A DNA stretch of 64,000 nt, from the IMG/VR virus record IMGVR_UViG_3300027719_000004, positions 2,824 through 66,823 of that record. One strand, written 5' to 3'. The position numbers and the translations under genes are program-made. How positions within the stretch are numbered: position 1 is the first letter of the stretch; each line of letters opens with the position of its first letter. The notes below the pieces were generated by a model. That model had not been told where the DNA came from and did not search any database. It worked only from the letters and a program-made list of their open reading frames with translations. Shown here piece after piece: positions 18,897 to 27,868 of the stretch. This stretch comes from a virus.

Positions 18897-19131
18897 CGAG
18901 TCTCACGGTGCATTTCAGGTACAGCCCCGTCACTGGGGGCCAGTCAGTAAAGACCCAAATAAGCAGGCCCTGCAGGCAGAACGTATCCTCGACGAGTTGC
19001 TAGAAGCCTCTAAGGCTCGGGGGGATCTTCGATGGAGGACAGCCCTTGCACGGTATAATGGGGGCAGCCGCCCACCACGGATCAGCTACAGGTATGCTGA
19101 CAAAGTTATAAGAACAGCGAGGTCAATATGA
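18589..19131 (+). CDS. Lytic transglycosylase (SLT) with N-terminal signal/anchor
   Basis: AVAIKES, SHGAFQV, ALARYNGG motifs; RBS GGAGG. Confidence 0.8.
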   Translation: MNNYVKAGLILLLIASGMTLDYKLNYENAVQGQEDPTDPYMGYHQNVSMTEEQKKLSEFFVKHGSPQPAEMAIAVSKTKYPALLAAVAIKESNGDPTSQGDGNESHGAFQVQPRHWGPVSKDPNKQALQAERILDELLEASKARGDLRWRTALARYNGGSRPPRISYRYADKVIRTARSI

Positions 19132-19436
19132 ACGATAAGAAGCCGCCATTAACCCGCCCACTTACCGGCGAGGAGGCGCTACAGGTAGCCCTTTTGGGCA
19201 CAGTACAGATCACGATAGTAGCCCTTAGAGAAAGGCTGGAGTTGGAGCCTAATCGCAAGTACAGAGAGAAGAGGGAGTATTGGCTGCAGCGCATGGCTGA
19301 CGCCGTAGAGGCAATAGACATGACCCTTGATGGCTACGTTAACGAAGAGTTTGAGCTGAAATTTACCAAGTACCAACGTATGATCGAGTCCGATATCCAA
19401 TCATTGCTGAAGACATATAAAGAGAAACCCTTATGA
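19128..19436 (+). CDS. Hypothetical protein
   Basis: Coupled ORF. Confidence 0.55.
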   Translation: MNDKKPPLTRPLTGEEALQVALLGTVQITIVALRERLELEPNRKYREKREYWLQRMADAVEAIDMTLDGYVNEEFELKFTKYQRMIESDIQSLLKTYKEKPL

Positions 19437-19864
19437 TCGTGCACAGGACCCAGAAGAAAGTTCACCCAATCAAGGTATGCGTAGTGTGCGGGGAGGAATA
19501 CCAGCCTATCTATGCCACATCCAAATGTTGTAGCCACAAATGCAGTGCTACCAATTACGCAAGGCAGAAAGCCGGATACAAAAATATCAAGCGAGGTGTG
19601 CCCAAGCTGGAGACCGCTACCAGATCATCCAGCTACAGAAGCCCGATCAGTGATGAAGAGCAGCTGGCTATTAACAAGGCTGTTGACAACAGGTTGCTAC
19701 CAAAGCCCGAGCCATGCCGGACGTATAAGCCGGGAGATCCTGAGTTTGACAGAATAGCTGCAGAGCTGACACCCATGGGCAAGATATCCAATGTGGCCAC
19801 AGGTTATGGCATCCCAACTCTGGCTGTGCTTTACGAAGTTAATACTTCCCAGTTGTCTGCTTGA
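19433..19864 (+). CDS. Zn-ribbon protein
   Basis: CVVCG.EY......CCSHKC. Confidence 0.6.
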   Translation: MIVHRTQKKVHPIKVCVVCGEEYQPIYATSKCCSHKCSATNYARQKAGYKNIKRGVPKLETATRSSSYRSPISDEEQLAINKAVDNRLLPKPEPCRTYKPGDPEFDRIAAELTPMGKISNVATGYGIPTLAVLYEVNTSQLSA

Positions 19865-19889
19865 CACACCCAGTCGGTTATGATACATA
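19861..19889 (+). promoter_or_regulatory. Sigma70 promoter for the RHH/antirepressor pair
   Basis: TTGACA-17 nt-(TGa)TACATA. Confidence 0.5.
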
Positions 19890-19924
19890 ACAAACCCCAT
19901 CACAAAAAGGAGGCACCAATCAAC

Positions 19925-20098
19925 ATGGCATACAAAATAGAAACCAAAGAAAAGACAAGGGCTTTTTATGTACGTGTCACGGAAAGTGAATACGAAAAGC
20001 TGCAGAAGGTGCTGAAGAAGATGAAGGTATCTCAGGCAGATTTTACCCGCCATGCCCTGACCAAGGAATTGAATGTAGCAGTATCCCAACTCTTCTAA
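19925..20098 (+). CDS. Ribbon-helix-helix protein
   Basis: FYVRVTESEYEKL.......VSQADFTRHAL; RBS GGAGG. Confidence 0.65.
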   Translation: MAYKIETKEKTRAFYVRVTESEYEKLQKVLKKMKVSQADFTRHALTKELNVAVSQLF

Positions 20099-20152
20099 AT
20101 AAAAAGCCCCTGCTATCAACAGGGGCATCCCACAAGGTCTAAGGAGGACCAC

Positions 20153-20860
20153 ATGAGTATTCTGCAGATTACATCAGGCAACCCCAGCATGACAAGCAAA
20201 GAGATAGCCGACCTAGTAGAGTCGAGGCATGACAAAGTCAAACAGTCTATAGAAAGGCTTGTCTCCAAGGGAGTTATATCCCAGCCCCCAATGGGGGACG
20301 GGACCAAGTCTGCCAACGGCATTACTGAAAAGGTCTATATATTTTCAGGAACGAAAGGCAAACGTGACAGTTTTGTGGTTGTAGCTCAGCTTTCCCCAGA
20401 GTTCACAGCACGTATAGTGGACCGGTGGCAGGAACTTGAAGCAAAGCAACCCACCATCCCCCAAACCCTTCCAGAGGCCCTTCGCCTTGCCGCAGATCTT
20501 GCCGAGCAAAACTCTAAGCTACTCCCAAAGGCGTTGGTAGCAGACAGGCTGGTCAAGTCAGATGATATGGTCAACCTGACTATGGCCTCAAAGCTGCTGG
20601 GGGTCCAACCTCAAAGATTTATCAGGTCACTCAATATGATGGGCTGGATATACCGCAAGCCCGGGGCGAAGCACTGGTCCGCATATCAGCCCAAGATAAA
20701 CTCAGGGTATCTACATCACAAATTCAGCCAATACACAAAGCCTGACGGTACAGAGGGTAGCGACCCGCAAGTGCTTGTCACCACTAAAGGGCTGGCCAAG
20801 CTCTCATTACTGATGGGCAGCGCTATACAGCAGGGCTTTAACTTCTCGGACGCAGCATAA
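20153..20860 (+). CDS. Rha-domain antirepressor (Rha N-terminus, ANT/KilAC C-terminus)
   Basis: MTSKEIADLVESRHDKVK, VVAQLSPEFTARIVDRWQELE, LPEALRLAADL, QVLVTTKGLAKL. Confidence 0.88.
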   Translation: MSILQITSGNPSMTSKEIADLVESRHDKVKQSIERLVSKGVISQPPMGDGTKSANGITEKVYIFSGTKGKRDSFVVVAQLSPEFTARIVDRWQELEAKQPTIPQTLPEALRLAADLAEQNSKLLPKALVADRLVKSDDMVNLTMASKLLGVQPQRFIRSLNMMGWIYRKPGAKHWSAYQPKINSGYLHHKFSQYTKPDGTEGSDPQVLVTTKGLAKLSLLMGSAIQQGFNFSDAA

Positions 20861-20876
20861 CACCCAAGGGGTTTGT

Positions 20877-20905
20877 TTGACACTTCCAAATAGTTATGGC
20901 ATGAT
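20877..20905 (+). promoter_or_regulatory. Sigma70 promoter upstream of the replication operon
   Basis: TTGACA-17 nt-CATGAT. Confidence 0.55.
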
Positions 20906-20924
20906 GTAGACAGTTCTTTCATCC

Positions 20925-21068
20925 AAAGCGTCTGTGGGGGACGTGGAGGGTACATAAATCACGCTGTGTCAGAGCAGCAACGCTTTCAAGTGCAACCCAA
21001 GGAGCCCCAACTCCTTTGCACGACCGGCCCCTTTAGAGTCTCTGACCTCTACTGGGGCCATTCTTTTC
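20925..21068 (+). ncRNA. Structured leader RNA candidate (multi-stem, loop-loop pairing)
   Basis: AAAGCGT/ACGCTTT, GTGCAA..AAGGAG/CTCCTT.TGCAC and GGCCCC..TAGAG/CTCTA..GGGGCC stems; loops GTCAGAG and CTCTGAC are complementary. Confidence 0.5.
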
Positions 21069-21081
21069 TAAGGAGAACGAA

Positions 21082-21543
21082 ATGATGCAATACCACGAAC
21101 AAATCAAACACCCGCTGTGGCAGAAGAAGAGGTTGGAAGTGCTGGAATATCATGGCTTTGAGTGCCAAGAATGCGGTGCTACAGACCATGAGCTGCATGT
21201 TCACCATGTGATTTACAAGCGTGGGGCCATGATATGGGATTACAAAGAGGAAGAGCTAAATTGCTTATGTTCTAAATGTCACAAGCAGGTCCACGCAATA
21301 GATGAACATATCAAAAAAATGACATCCTATCTAAGCCAATCAGAAAAAGAGTTGTTGGCAGGTATCCTAGCCGGTATGTCACACGTAGGTGTTGACCGCC
21401 ACTCTGCTTCTCCAGCCATAGGCTTCCAATACGCTACGGGCCTCACAATGTGGCTTAATCACAACCCTGACTCAGATACAGGGGTGTCTGATGCGGCCAT
21501 CAACGACACAATAGATTACATCGTGAGCGGGGTAGCAAGATGA
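21082..21543 (+). CDS. HNH endonuclease-like protein
   Basis: W...R..VL....F.CQECG....LHVHH....LCSKCH. Confidence 0.8.
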   Translation: MMQYHEQIKHPLWQKKRLEVLEYHGFECQECGATDHELHVHHVIYKRGAMIWDYKEEELNCLCSKCHKQVHAIDEHIKKMTSYLSQSEKELLAGILAGMSHVGVDRHSASPAIGFQYATGLTMWLNHNPDSDTGVSDAAINDTIDYIVSGVAR

Positions 21544-22079
21544 GTAAAACTAGGCCATTCACATTCAGAATACACGCCGCAGATTTTTTTACAACTGTCC
21601 AAAACATACCAGCAAAACAAAGAGGACAGTTCCTGTCTCAAATGGCTATCGATTTGATAACTTTAACCCCCACCCTAGATTACACCAAGCAGGTTATATC
21701 AGAAACCGTTGAGTATATTGCAAAACAATCAGAACACGGGAGGAAAGGAGGACGCCCAAAAAAAACCGACCCTTTACCAACCCTTAACGGTGGCTTAACC
21801 GACCCTGAAGCTACCCCTAAGCCAAAAGAAGAAGAAGAAGAAGAAAAACATAGGGGAAAACCCAGATGGTTCCCCCCGACATTAGATGACGTTAAAAGGT
21901 ACTGTGCAGAGCGAGGGAAGTCAGTGGACCCTGAGTCTTGGTATGACCACTACTCGTCAAACGGCTGGCTTGTAGGTAAGAATAAAATGAAAGACTGGCA
22001 GGCTGCTGTGAGAACTTGGGAAAGGACCAGCTTCGGAAATAAGCCTCAACAACAGCTAGGACTTGGAGTTTACCGATGA
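21540..22079 (+). CDS. Replication initiator protein
   Basis: GRKGGRPK linker; C-terminal F.PPT..DV..YC......W.DHY.SNGW.VG..KMKDWQAAVRTW. Confidence 0.75.
   Translation: MSKTRPFTFRIHAADFFTTVQNIPAKQRGQFLSQMAIDLITLTPTLDYTKQVISETVEYIAKQSEHGRKGGRPKKTDPLPTLNGGLTDPEATPKPKEEEEEEKHRGKPRWFPPTLDDVKRYCAERGKSVDPESWYDHYSSNGWLVGKNKMKDWQAAVRTWERTSFGNKPQQQLGLGVYR
21764..21848. repeat. Probable replication origin: ACCCT iterons in 11-bp phase plus A/G tract
   Basis: ACCCT at 21769, 21780, 21802 and ACCCC at 21813; AACCGACCCT twice, 33 bp apart; (GAA)n run follows. Confidence 0.55.
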
Positions 22080-22966
22080 CCAAAGAAGCCACAAGCCATT
22101 TCAGAAGACCAAGTACTTTTGCTCAAAAGATAAATGACAGATTCCGTCCACCGGAAGGTAAGCCTACTGGCTACGGACTTGGCTGGGAGAAGACAGCAAT
22201 CATCCGAGTTAACCCCGGAGAGATGAGCTTATGGTCAGGATTTAACGGTCATGGCAAGAGCTGCATGCTGAACCAAGTGATGTTGCATGGAGCTACTGAA
22301 GGCCAGAAGTGTGTGCTTGCCAGCTTTGAGATGTCTGGTGATCGTAACCTGATGAGGCTGATACGCCAGCGCACTGGGAAGGTGTTGCCGAGTGAAGCAG
22401 AGGTAAAGACTGGGTTGTCTTGGTTTGATAAGTGGCTTACCATCTACTCGTATCTGGGAGGTCACGCTGTAGATACCATGTTGTCTGAGTTTAAGAGGGC
22501 TGCTCAGAACGGCTGCAACGTATTCGTTGTGGATAGCCTTATGAAACTGGGCGTCGCAGAGGACGATTTTGCCGGTCAAAAGCTGGCGGTAGAAAAGCTC
22601 CACAACTTCTGCCTTGAGTCGGATGTCCATGTCCATCTGGTGGCTCATAGCAAGAAGGCTGAGGATGAGTCAAAGGTTCCCGGTAAAATGGACGTGATGG
22701 GGGCAGGAGGTATCAGCAACATCCCCGATAACGGCTTTACTGTGTGGCGCAACAAGGCCAAAGAGGATCATATCGAGGAGTCATATGTCAACGGAACAGA
22801 GCCTAAGATCGACATCCTAAAAAAGCCAGACGCCCTGCTTAACTGTTGGAAGTCCCGTGATCATGGCTCTGACGCTGAGAAGAAGTACGCCTTCTGGTAT
22901 GATAAACGGGGCATGCTCTATAAGGAATCCCAAGGCCAGACGTACTACGAGGATCTACCCTACTGA
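22076..22966 (+). CDS. SF4 replicative helicase (T7 gp4/Twinkle-like helicase domain)
   Basis: Walker A SGFNGHGKS, VVDSL, HVHLVAH, DVMG.G.I. Confidence 0.85.
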   Translation: MTKEATSHFRRPSTFAQKINDRFRPPEGKPTGYGLGWEKTAIIRVNPGEMSLWSGFNGHGKSCMLNQVMLHGATEGQKCVLASFEMSGDRNLMRLIRQRTGKVLPSEAEVKTGLSWFDKWLTIYSYLGGHAVDTMLSEFKRAAQNGCNVFVVDSLMKLGVAEDDFAGQKLAVEKLHNFCLESDVHVHLVAHSKKAEDESKVPGKMDVMGAGGISNIPDNGFTVWRNKAKEDHIEESYVNGTEPKIDILKKPDALLNCWKSRDHGSDAEKKYAFWYDKRGMLYKESQGQTYYEDLPY

Positions 22967-23490
22967 TGGACGTTTTGATGTCGGCATATGTTTCTACTCA
23001 CAATAAGCTGAGGGTAAGCCAGATACAGGAAAAGGCTGAGGCTTTTGGGGTGGATATGAAGACTGCCATCACGGCACGGCTACGCTACCTGTACCAGATC
23101 AAAAGGGGTCTGGAAGACAAGGCTTTAGCAGCGGCTAGGGATGAAGACGGGGTAATTATAGAAGCGGCGTTCAGGTTCTTGGCCCAGAGAGACGAGATCA
23201 GTAAGGAGATCAAGAGAACTGCGGAGTGGTGGAAGAAGCCCCCAGCTGGGTCTATTACTGACGATATGATTGCAAGGGCCAAGGAATACCCCATAGAGCA
23301 GCTGGTTGAGTTTGATCGTGCTGGTAAGGCTATGGCGTGGTGCCATGCCGATAAGTCTCCCAGTATGACGTGGTGGAAGAAGGGTAACCGTGCAAAATGT
23401 TGGCCATGCGACAAGTCCTATGGACCCATTGACGTGCTGATGGAGAGAGACGGTATGTCGTTTGTTGATGCAGTTAAAACTTTGCAATAA
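22966..23490 (+). CDS. CHC2 zinc-finger protein (primase Zn-binding domain)
   Basis: C-H.DKSPS......CWPC...G.ID..M...GMSF.DAV..L. Confidence 0.75.
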   Translation: MDVLMSAYVSTHNKLRVSQIQEKAEAFGVDMKTAITARLRYLYQIKRGLEDKALAAARDEDGVIIEAAFRFLAQRDEISKEIKRTAEWWKKPPAGSITDDMIARAKEYPIEQLVEFDRAGKAMAWCHADKSPSMTWWKKGNRAKCWPCDKSYGPIDVLMERDGMSFVDAVKTLQ

Positions 23491-23504
23491 GGAGACTTCC
23501 CAAT

Positions 23505-23888
23505 ATGGTGTCAGATAAATCCAATCAGTTTTCGCTTTCCATTAAGAGGAAAGTATGCGATAAATGGGACGAGTTGGACTTAGGAGCAGAGCTAAAGTCA
23601 ATTTCGCATGCTGAGGTTCTGATCAAATCGCTTGAAGGGCAGGAGGCAGTTGCCCAGCTGAAGAAGGGTAGGAAGACTGTGTACCTGTGCGGGACAGACG
23701 ATCTCAAAAAGAAGATGACCTCCAAGGGTACCGTCACTTCGTTCACAGCAGGGCTTGAGTACATGAGGGAACATCGGATCTTGCCAAAGCTCATCGAGGC
23801 AGTTAACCAACCAATCTTGCTAGAAGCTCTTGAGGTATTCAAAGGGGCTATCGTGAGTGAAGTGGAGATAGACCTTGCAGCCACCTAG
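23505..23888 (+). CDS. Hypothetical protein
   Basis: 127-aa ORF with RBS AAGGAG. Confidence 0.6.
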   Translation: MVSDKSNQFSLSIKRKVCDKWDELDLGAELKSISHAEVLIKSLEGQEAVAQLKKGRKTVYLCGTDDLKKKMTSKGTVTSFTAGLEYMREHRILPKLIEAVNQPILLEALEVFKGAIVSEVEIDLAAT

Positions 23889-24144
23889 TGAGCTCGTCAG
23901 AGAAGTTTTGGGAGACTGTGAATACATCGGTAAGAGTTTGAATCAGAAACGCCTGATAGAGCTCCTGATGAGATTAGCGCATTTAAGGGCTGACTACTCT
24001 GACAAGTACATGGCGCGGATAGAAAGAGTGGCTATCATGTCATACGGGGGATATGGGCGACTAGATTCCCATATTTATTGCGACACAACACCGGATATGT
24101 ACGGTGATATCAGAACACTGGACGTGTTCACCAGAGAGGATTGA
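23875..24144 (+). CDS. Hypothetical protein
   Basis: Overlapping operon ORF. Confidence 0.5.
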   Translation: MQPPSELVREVLGDCEYIGKSLNQKRLIELLMRLAHLRADYSDKYMARIERVAIMSYGGYGRLDSHIYCDTTPDMYGDIRTLDVFTRED

Positions 24145-24147
24145 GGA

Positions 24148-24423
24148 ATGGCAAACAAGCGGACGTTGGTTGATTTATTGAGGGATGATTTTGATGTGAA
24201 GAAGTGTGTGGCAGAGCAGATGATCGATTCGATCTTGGAGACGATACTGCAGACGGTCTACAAGAAGAACGAGCTGTTTCAGATTAGGGGATTTGGTACG
24301 TTTGCTGTGAAGAAGTTCAAGGCAAGGGAGTTTAGGAATCCAGCTACAGGTGGGACTATGAAAGTGGGGCAACGGCAGCTTCTGAAGTTCAAGCCATCTC
24401 CTACGTTGCGTATTACGGTATAA
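24148..24423 (+). CDS. HU/IHF family DNA-binding protein
   Basis: IRGFGTF......R..RNP.TG.......KFKPS..LR. Confidence 0.9.
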   Translation: MANKRTLVDLLRDDFDVKKCVAEQMIDSILETILQTVYKKNELFQIRGFGTFAVKKFKAREFRNPATGGTMKVGQRQLLKFKPSPTLRITV

Positions 24424-24808
24424 TGGGTGGCACCCTAGTTGTTTTGTGTTGACTTCCCAGAAGTTTGTATGAGACAGTTTAGGTGCCCAGTAGGAAAACA
24501 CATAGAGTTCAGAAGCTCATTGGCTATATCCAATGACAGTTCACCATCCATCCTGCTGGGCAAGCAATTCGGGTGGTGTTTCTGTATCTGGCTCCCATGT
24601 GTTTGTAACAGATCTCCGACTCACCCATCGGACTACAAAGGCGGGCGTGAACAGTAGGATAATATCTTTCCGAAAGCCCCGTGGGGGTAAGGGGGATTTC
24701 TTCTTCTCTTCTTTAAGCTCTTCTTTGTGGATTTGTTCTGCGGAATTTCTTCTCTTCTTCTGGGGTATTATGTAGGTAATGTTAATAAGACATAGATAGG
24801 AGATAATA

Positions 24809-25045
24809 ATGTCAAAGCATCTAGCCAACGGGTATGAGCAGGTTTACAAGGGGAAGGATAAAGAGGGCAAGGAAATATGGAATTACGTCCATCGGGAAAA
24901 GATGGGGGTTGGGGTTGGTGATAAGCGTGTAGTGCATCACCGAGATTCAGTCAAGTCAAACTCTGATAAATCTAATCTCCAAGTAGTTGCCAGTAAGATG
25001 GCTCATAACAAGATCGACAAGAAGATCCAAAAAGGCAAAAAATAA
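24809..25045 (+). CDS. Short HNH-type protein
   Basis: YVHR........VVHHRD..K.N....NL......H. Confidence 0.7.
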   Translation: MSKHLANGYEQVYKGKDKEGKEIWNYVHREKMGVGVGDKRVVHHRDSVKSNSDKSNLQVVASKMAHNKIDKKIQKGKK

Positions 25046-25076
25046 AAAAAGCCCCAACCCAATTAAGGGAAGGGGC
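25044..25076 (-). terminator. Intrinsic terminator of the leftward operon
   Basis: GCCCC..CCC/GGG..GGGGC stem with T7 tract on the minus strand, between convergent genes. Confidence 0.7.
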
Positions 25077-25095
25077 TCAACGGTATAGTGGGTAG

Positions 25096-25293
25096 TCATC
25101 TTTCCTCCTCAACACGTTTGTACTTAGGAGGGGTGCCTACCCAAGTAACTCCTCCCTGAATATCAAAACACTCAATACACTCAAACCAAAACCTGCCATC
25201 CCGATACGCTGTGGCCCTGACGTCTGCCGGAACAAATGGCCTGTCGCATCGGTGGCAGTTGGTCACACAGTCGTCTGCTGTTTTAACGCCCAC
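25096..25293 (-). CDS. Small Zn-ribbon protein
   Basis: CHRC...CIEC. Confidence 0.55.
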   Translation of the reverse strand: MGVKTADDCVTNCHRCDRPFVPADVRATAYRDGRFWFECIECFDIQGGVTWVGTPPKYKRVEEER

Positions 25294-25627
25294 GTATCAC
25301 CCCCTCACTCTCTTCTACCAACGTATGCAACATATAACAAAACGCTTCCCCTCCTGAATCAGTGGGGTTAATGCCTGAGCGATCAAACACATGGAACAGG
25401 ACGTGGGTCAACTCATGCACCAGATACGGTACGGTGTTAGCCCATACTAAGTATGTCCAGTATCCGTCCTTGCCCTCACCAGCAAAGAATCGTCCACCTT
25501 CTCCACCTGTCAGCTTGTCAGGGTCGAGTTCCTTGAATAGCTTGCGATGGGTCTTGTGATAATCTTCCACGCTGCCTACTACCCACATGTGCCCAGTATA
25601 TGGCCTTAGCGATATTTGTTTAGCCAT
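25283..25627 (-). CDS. Small HExxH (zincin-like) protein
   Basis: LVHELTH...E.FCY. Confidence 0.6.
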   Translation of the reverse strand: MAKQISLRPYTGHMWVVGSVEDYHKTHRKLFKELDPDKLTGGEGGRFFAGEGKDGYWTYLVWANTVPYLVHELTHVLFHVFDRSGINPTDSGGEAFCYMLHTLVEESEGVIRGR

Positions 25628-25764
25628 TCCCTAGCACCTCCTTCTCCAACGACGCCATAGTGTCAGCCAGCCTCTCATGCAAATAGTCAGGAAACATCTG
25701 CTTGTTGGAGAAGCCCCATGACTCAAGGGCAGACAGTAACAATAATATGTCCAGTGCTTGTTGT

Positions 25765-25992
25765 TTAGTCATTTGCTTCCTCGCTTTCAATTATCATTGC
25801 CGTTGACATAGGTGCCTGAACATCAAATAGTGGCACAACCAATTCTGGGGGCATATCCACATCAAAGGCTATGCGTGTAAATCCTTCTCCTTTTTTCCAT
25901 GTTGGAGACATAGTCCCTGCCGACAAATATATTGGGCTGGAACTCTTCGGATTATAGTTTGGCGGCACATCACAATAAAACCTTACCTTCAT
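25765..25992 (-). CDS. Hypothetical protein
   Basis: Likely start MKVRFY... after RBS GGAG. Confidence 0.5.
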   Translation of the reverse strand: MKVRFYCDVPPNYNPKSSSPIYLSAGTMSPTWKKGEGFTRIAFDVDMPPELVVPLFDVQAPMSTAMIIESEEAND

Positions 25993-25993
25993 A

Positions 25994-26191
25994 TCACTCC
26001 ACCCCAATCTTTCGTATAGCAGCGGCAATACGTGTGTTTCTGAAGCCGTTAGCTTCGTTATCTGCCACCTCCGCACACTTCTCCCGCATCGCAGCGGCAC
26101 CGGCTTTGAAAGCTGCTTTCAGTGAGGGCTTATCCGCCAACGGGAATATGGATTGAATATATTTGTAATACTTCTCAAACTCCTCGTTCAT
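25994..26191 (-). CDS. Hypothetical protein
   Basis: AAMREKCAEVA...IAAAIR motif common in phage accessory genes. Confidence 0.55.
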   Translation of the reverse strand: MNEEFEKYYKYIQSIFPLADKPSLKAAFKAGAAAMREKCAEVADNEANGFRNTRIAAAIRKIGVE

Positions 26192-26538
26192 ACGTCCTCC
26201 TTCCCTATCAACTCAAGACACGCTGCAACTACAGCTTCACGTCGGGTTTGCACGTCCATACTGCCTGATGTAGTTTGTCTAGGTGCATAAGTTATAAAGC
26301 AATCCCATGTTACAAACTCAGCCATCAAGCTGCTCACAAGCTGAACCTTGTAGCCACGTTCAGCAAGCGTATCCAGCAGAGAGCCGTTAGCGGCATCGTC
26401 GGAAGGGTAGTCAGGCAATGATTTGTAATAAAATGCGTTACAGTGGTTTAGTGGGAATTTCCACTTACCTCTATTTTGTCTGCTGCCTCGGCAGTCTCTA
26501 GCGCCCTGCCACCTTGCCAGCTTCTCGTTGTCAGTCAT
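26188..26538 (-). CDS. Hypothetical protein (ABA-sandwich-like)
   Basis: PDY..D..A...L....AVVAACL pattern; RBS GGAGGGG. Confidence 0.45.
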   Translation of the reverse strand: MTDNEKLARWQGARDCRGSRQNRGKWKFPLNHCNAFYYKSLPDYPSDDAANGSLLDTLAERGYKVQLVSSLMAEFVTWDCFITYAPRQTTSGSMDVQTRREAVVAACLELIGKEDV

Positions 26539-26812
26539 TTGCTCCCCCTCCGTATTCCATAGCGGCAATGGCATCTGCTATCTCACAGCATCTACCGTTT
26601 CCATATTCGTCAACATGCTGTGCATTAACTATCTCTATAGCTTTAATCTTCCCCTGCTCCCACCCACGCCTAAAGGCGTCTTTGGCAGACTCGTCTGCCT
26701 CACGGCGGGCTTGTTGGAGTTGTTGTTCAACACCAGTATATAGTACAAATCTACCTTCAGTGTGTTCCGGCAGATATGAAGGTCCGCCATCTTTAAAATC
26801 GTATCGTCTCAT
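26531..26812 (-). CDS. Hypothetical protein
   Basis: Coupled ORF in the leftward operon. Confidence 0.55.
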   Translation of the reverse strand: MRRYDFKDGGPSYLPEHTEGRFVLYTGVEQQLQQARREADESAKDAFRRGWEQGKIKAIEIVNAQHVDEYGNGRCCEIADAIAAMEYGGGAND

Positions 26813-26815
26813 CCC

Positions 26816-27418
26816 TCACCCCTCCAGTTTAAATGATTTGCATATGCTGCGAATAAGACAACTGCGATCATGGCTGTCTATTAGAAAAAACTCAATATGC
26901 TTGCAGATAATTTCCCTTGCCGCCTCTTGACGGGCTTCGGATCTTAGCTTTTCTATGCGCTTTGGAAACGCAACTTGTTTAGTATAGTCCACCTCTGCCC
27001 TTGCCTCGGCAAGCTTGCTCTTTAAATCAACAATGCAAGGCAACACTTTGTCATGTATTGATTCACCTAATCCAATGTTTAACTCCCTTGCAATATCTTG
27101 ATAAGGTAACATTACTGACTGTGCTGCTTTCTTCCATTCCATTGCCTCGGCAAGTAATTCACGCAAGTCTGAAATGGTTTCGTTATAACAAACCTCTGCG
27201 CCCCTTGTCTCGGCAAGCTGCTTCAGTAGATCTGGAGTGTTAGCAGCCTCGGAAACTAGCCGTTCTATTGTGTGTGCTTGTTCTCTGATTAACTCCTTGA
27301 GCCTGTCGATATAGTCAGCAATGCAAATTAATGTCTTAGCTAGAGATTGCCCTGTTGCGTCTCGACCGTTGTAGGCCAATGCTGCCAGCCGTAATTGCTT
27401 AGTATCAATTTCCATCAT
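26816..27418 (-). CDS. Coiled-coil hypothetical protein
   Basis: Repeated LAE.R/LAEA segments; RBS GGAGGGG. Confidence 0.6.
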   Translation of the reverse strand: MMEIDTKQLRLAALAYNGRDATGQSLAKTLICIADYIDRLKELIREQAHTIERLVSEAANTPDLLKQLAETRGAEVCYNETISDLRELLAEAMEWKKAAQSVMLPYQDIARELNIGLGESIHDKVLPCIVDLKSKLAEARAEVDYTKQVAFPKRIEKLRSEARQEAAREIICKHIEFFLIDSHDRSCLIRSICKSFKLEG

Positions 27419-27542
27419 CCCCTCCTTGTCGCTTTTGCTCCCCGCATTAGGTCGCTATTAAATGTTTTTAGGTTCCATAATACAGGGAGTTAGCTTTAAA
27501 TGTATGTCGTTTTTCACTGATTATTAGGGGGCCTAATACTCG

Positions 27543-27815
27543 TTAGGTACTTTCAGGCGGAGCAGGTAGTGGCATCCAGTAGGTAGGCGGCTTACTGTCA
27601 AACGCAAATTGGTGTCCAATGATAAAGTAACCGTTAGACCACTTTGCCGCTACCTGAACACGGCTGTTGTTTATGGTATCAACTTCTGGCAGCAAGACCA
27701 GAACAGGTGTTCCGTCCGTCGGCATTGTATCAATCGGCATCCATGTGCCTAACGCGCATTCAACGCGGAGTTGCTTGCTCTGGGCGCAATTTCCAGCAGT
27801 TTCTTTCTCGCTCAT
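27543..27815 (-). CDS. DUF551-like protein (cassette 1)
   Basis: W.PI.T.P.DG..VL ... PTYWMPLP.PP. Confidence 0.75.
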   Translation of the reverse strand: MSEKETAGNCAQSKQLRVECALGTWMPIDTMPTDGTPVLVLLPEVDTINNSRVQVAAKWSNGYFIIGHQFAFDSKPPTYWMPLPAPPEST

Positions 27816-27868
27816 TCGGTGTCTCACTCTCTTCGGTATCGCAACCCGGTTAATTTTGTACGTTAGAG
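27747..27868 (+). other. attC site, long form (122 bp)
   Basis: GCCTAAC-GCGC-ATT[C]AAC..CGG[A]GTTGC ... GCAAC-CCG-GTTAAT-TTTGTAC-GTTAGAG. Confidence 0.78.
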
